A program made the position numbers and the translations under genes. DNA of 64,000 bases, taken from Tubiluchus corallicola (lineage: Eukaryota > Animalia > Priapulida). Where the stretch lies: the NCBI GenBank assembly GCA_030141605.1, contig JAQGDQ010000078.1, positions 620,001 to 684,000 of the forward strand. The letters are read 5' to 3'. The notes below the pieces were generated by a model. It ran no database searches. It saw nothing but the letters and a program-made list of their open reading frames with translations, and had not been told where the DNA came from. Positions 63,941 through 64,000 of the stretch are shown here, in pieces (positions within the stretch are counted from its first letter, which is position 1; each line of letters starts with the position of its first letter).

Positions 63941-64000
63941 GATATTGAAGAAAATGTGATTTTTTCACATAGTAATGTCATCACATATGAATAGTGTTGT

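Overview
This is AT-rich, intron-rich animal genomic DNA, probably from an invertebrate bilaterian; the species cannot be determined from the sequence. I assembled three complete spliced genes by hand from GT-AG junctions with consistent phases. HMBS/porphobilinogen deaminase lies on the minus strand (9 coding exons, 9781->2051, 359 aa). GPS2, an NCoR/SMRT-HDAC3 corepressor subunit, lies on the plus strand (10 coding exons, 18577->28421, 373 aa). A calbindin-32/calretinin-family six-EF-hand protein also lies on the plus strand (11 coding exons, 32979->61789, 301 aa). A possible coding tail of a fourth gene sits at 1-45. Introns and intergenic DNA hold decayed LINEs, Tigger/pogo-like and hAT MITEs, hAT and Harbinger transposase relics, foldback elements and many micro/minisatellites. 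Most supplied ORFs are artefacts of those repeats. I see no prokaryotic-type system. The best leads are: a putative compact bidirectional HMBS/GPS2 promoter near 17.3 kb, an NCoR/SMRT-like GSI motif in GPS2, an NLS-like insert in HMBS, six canonical-looking EF loops in the calbindin, a degenerate Penelope-type hammerhead ribozyme, and inverted MITE copies bracketing GPS2 exons. All of these are hypotheses needing RNA data or homology searches.
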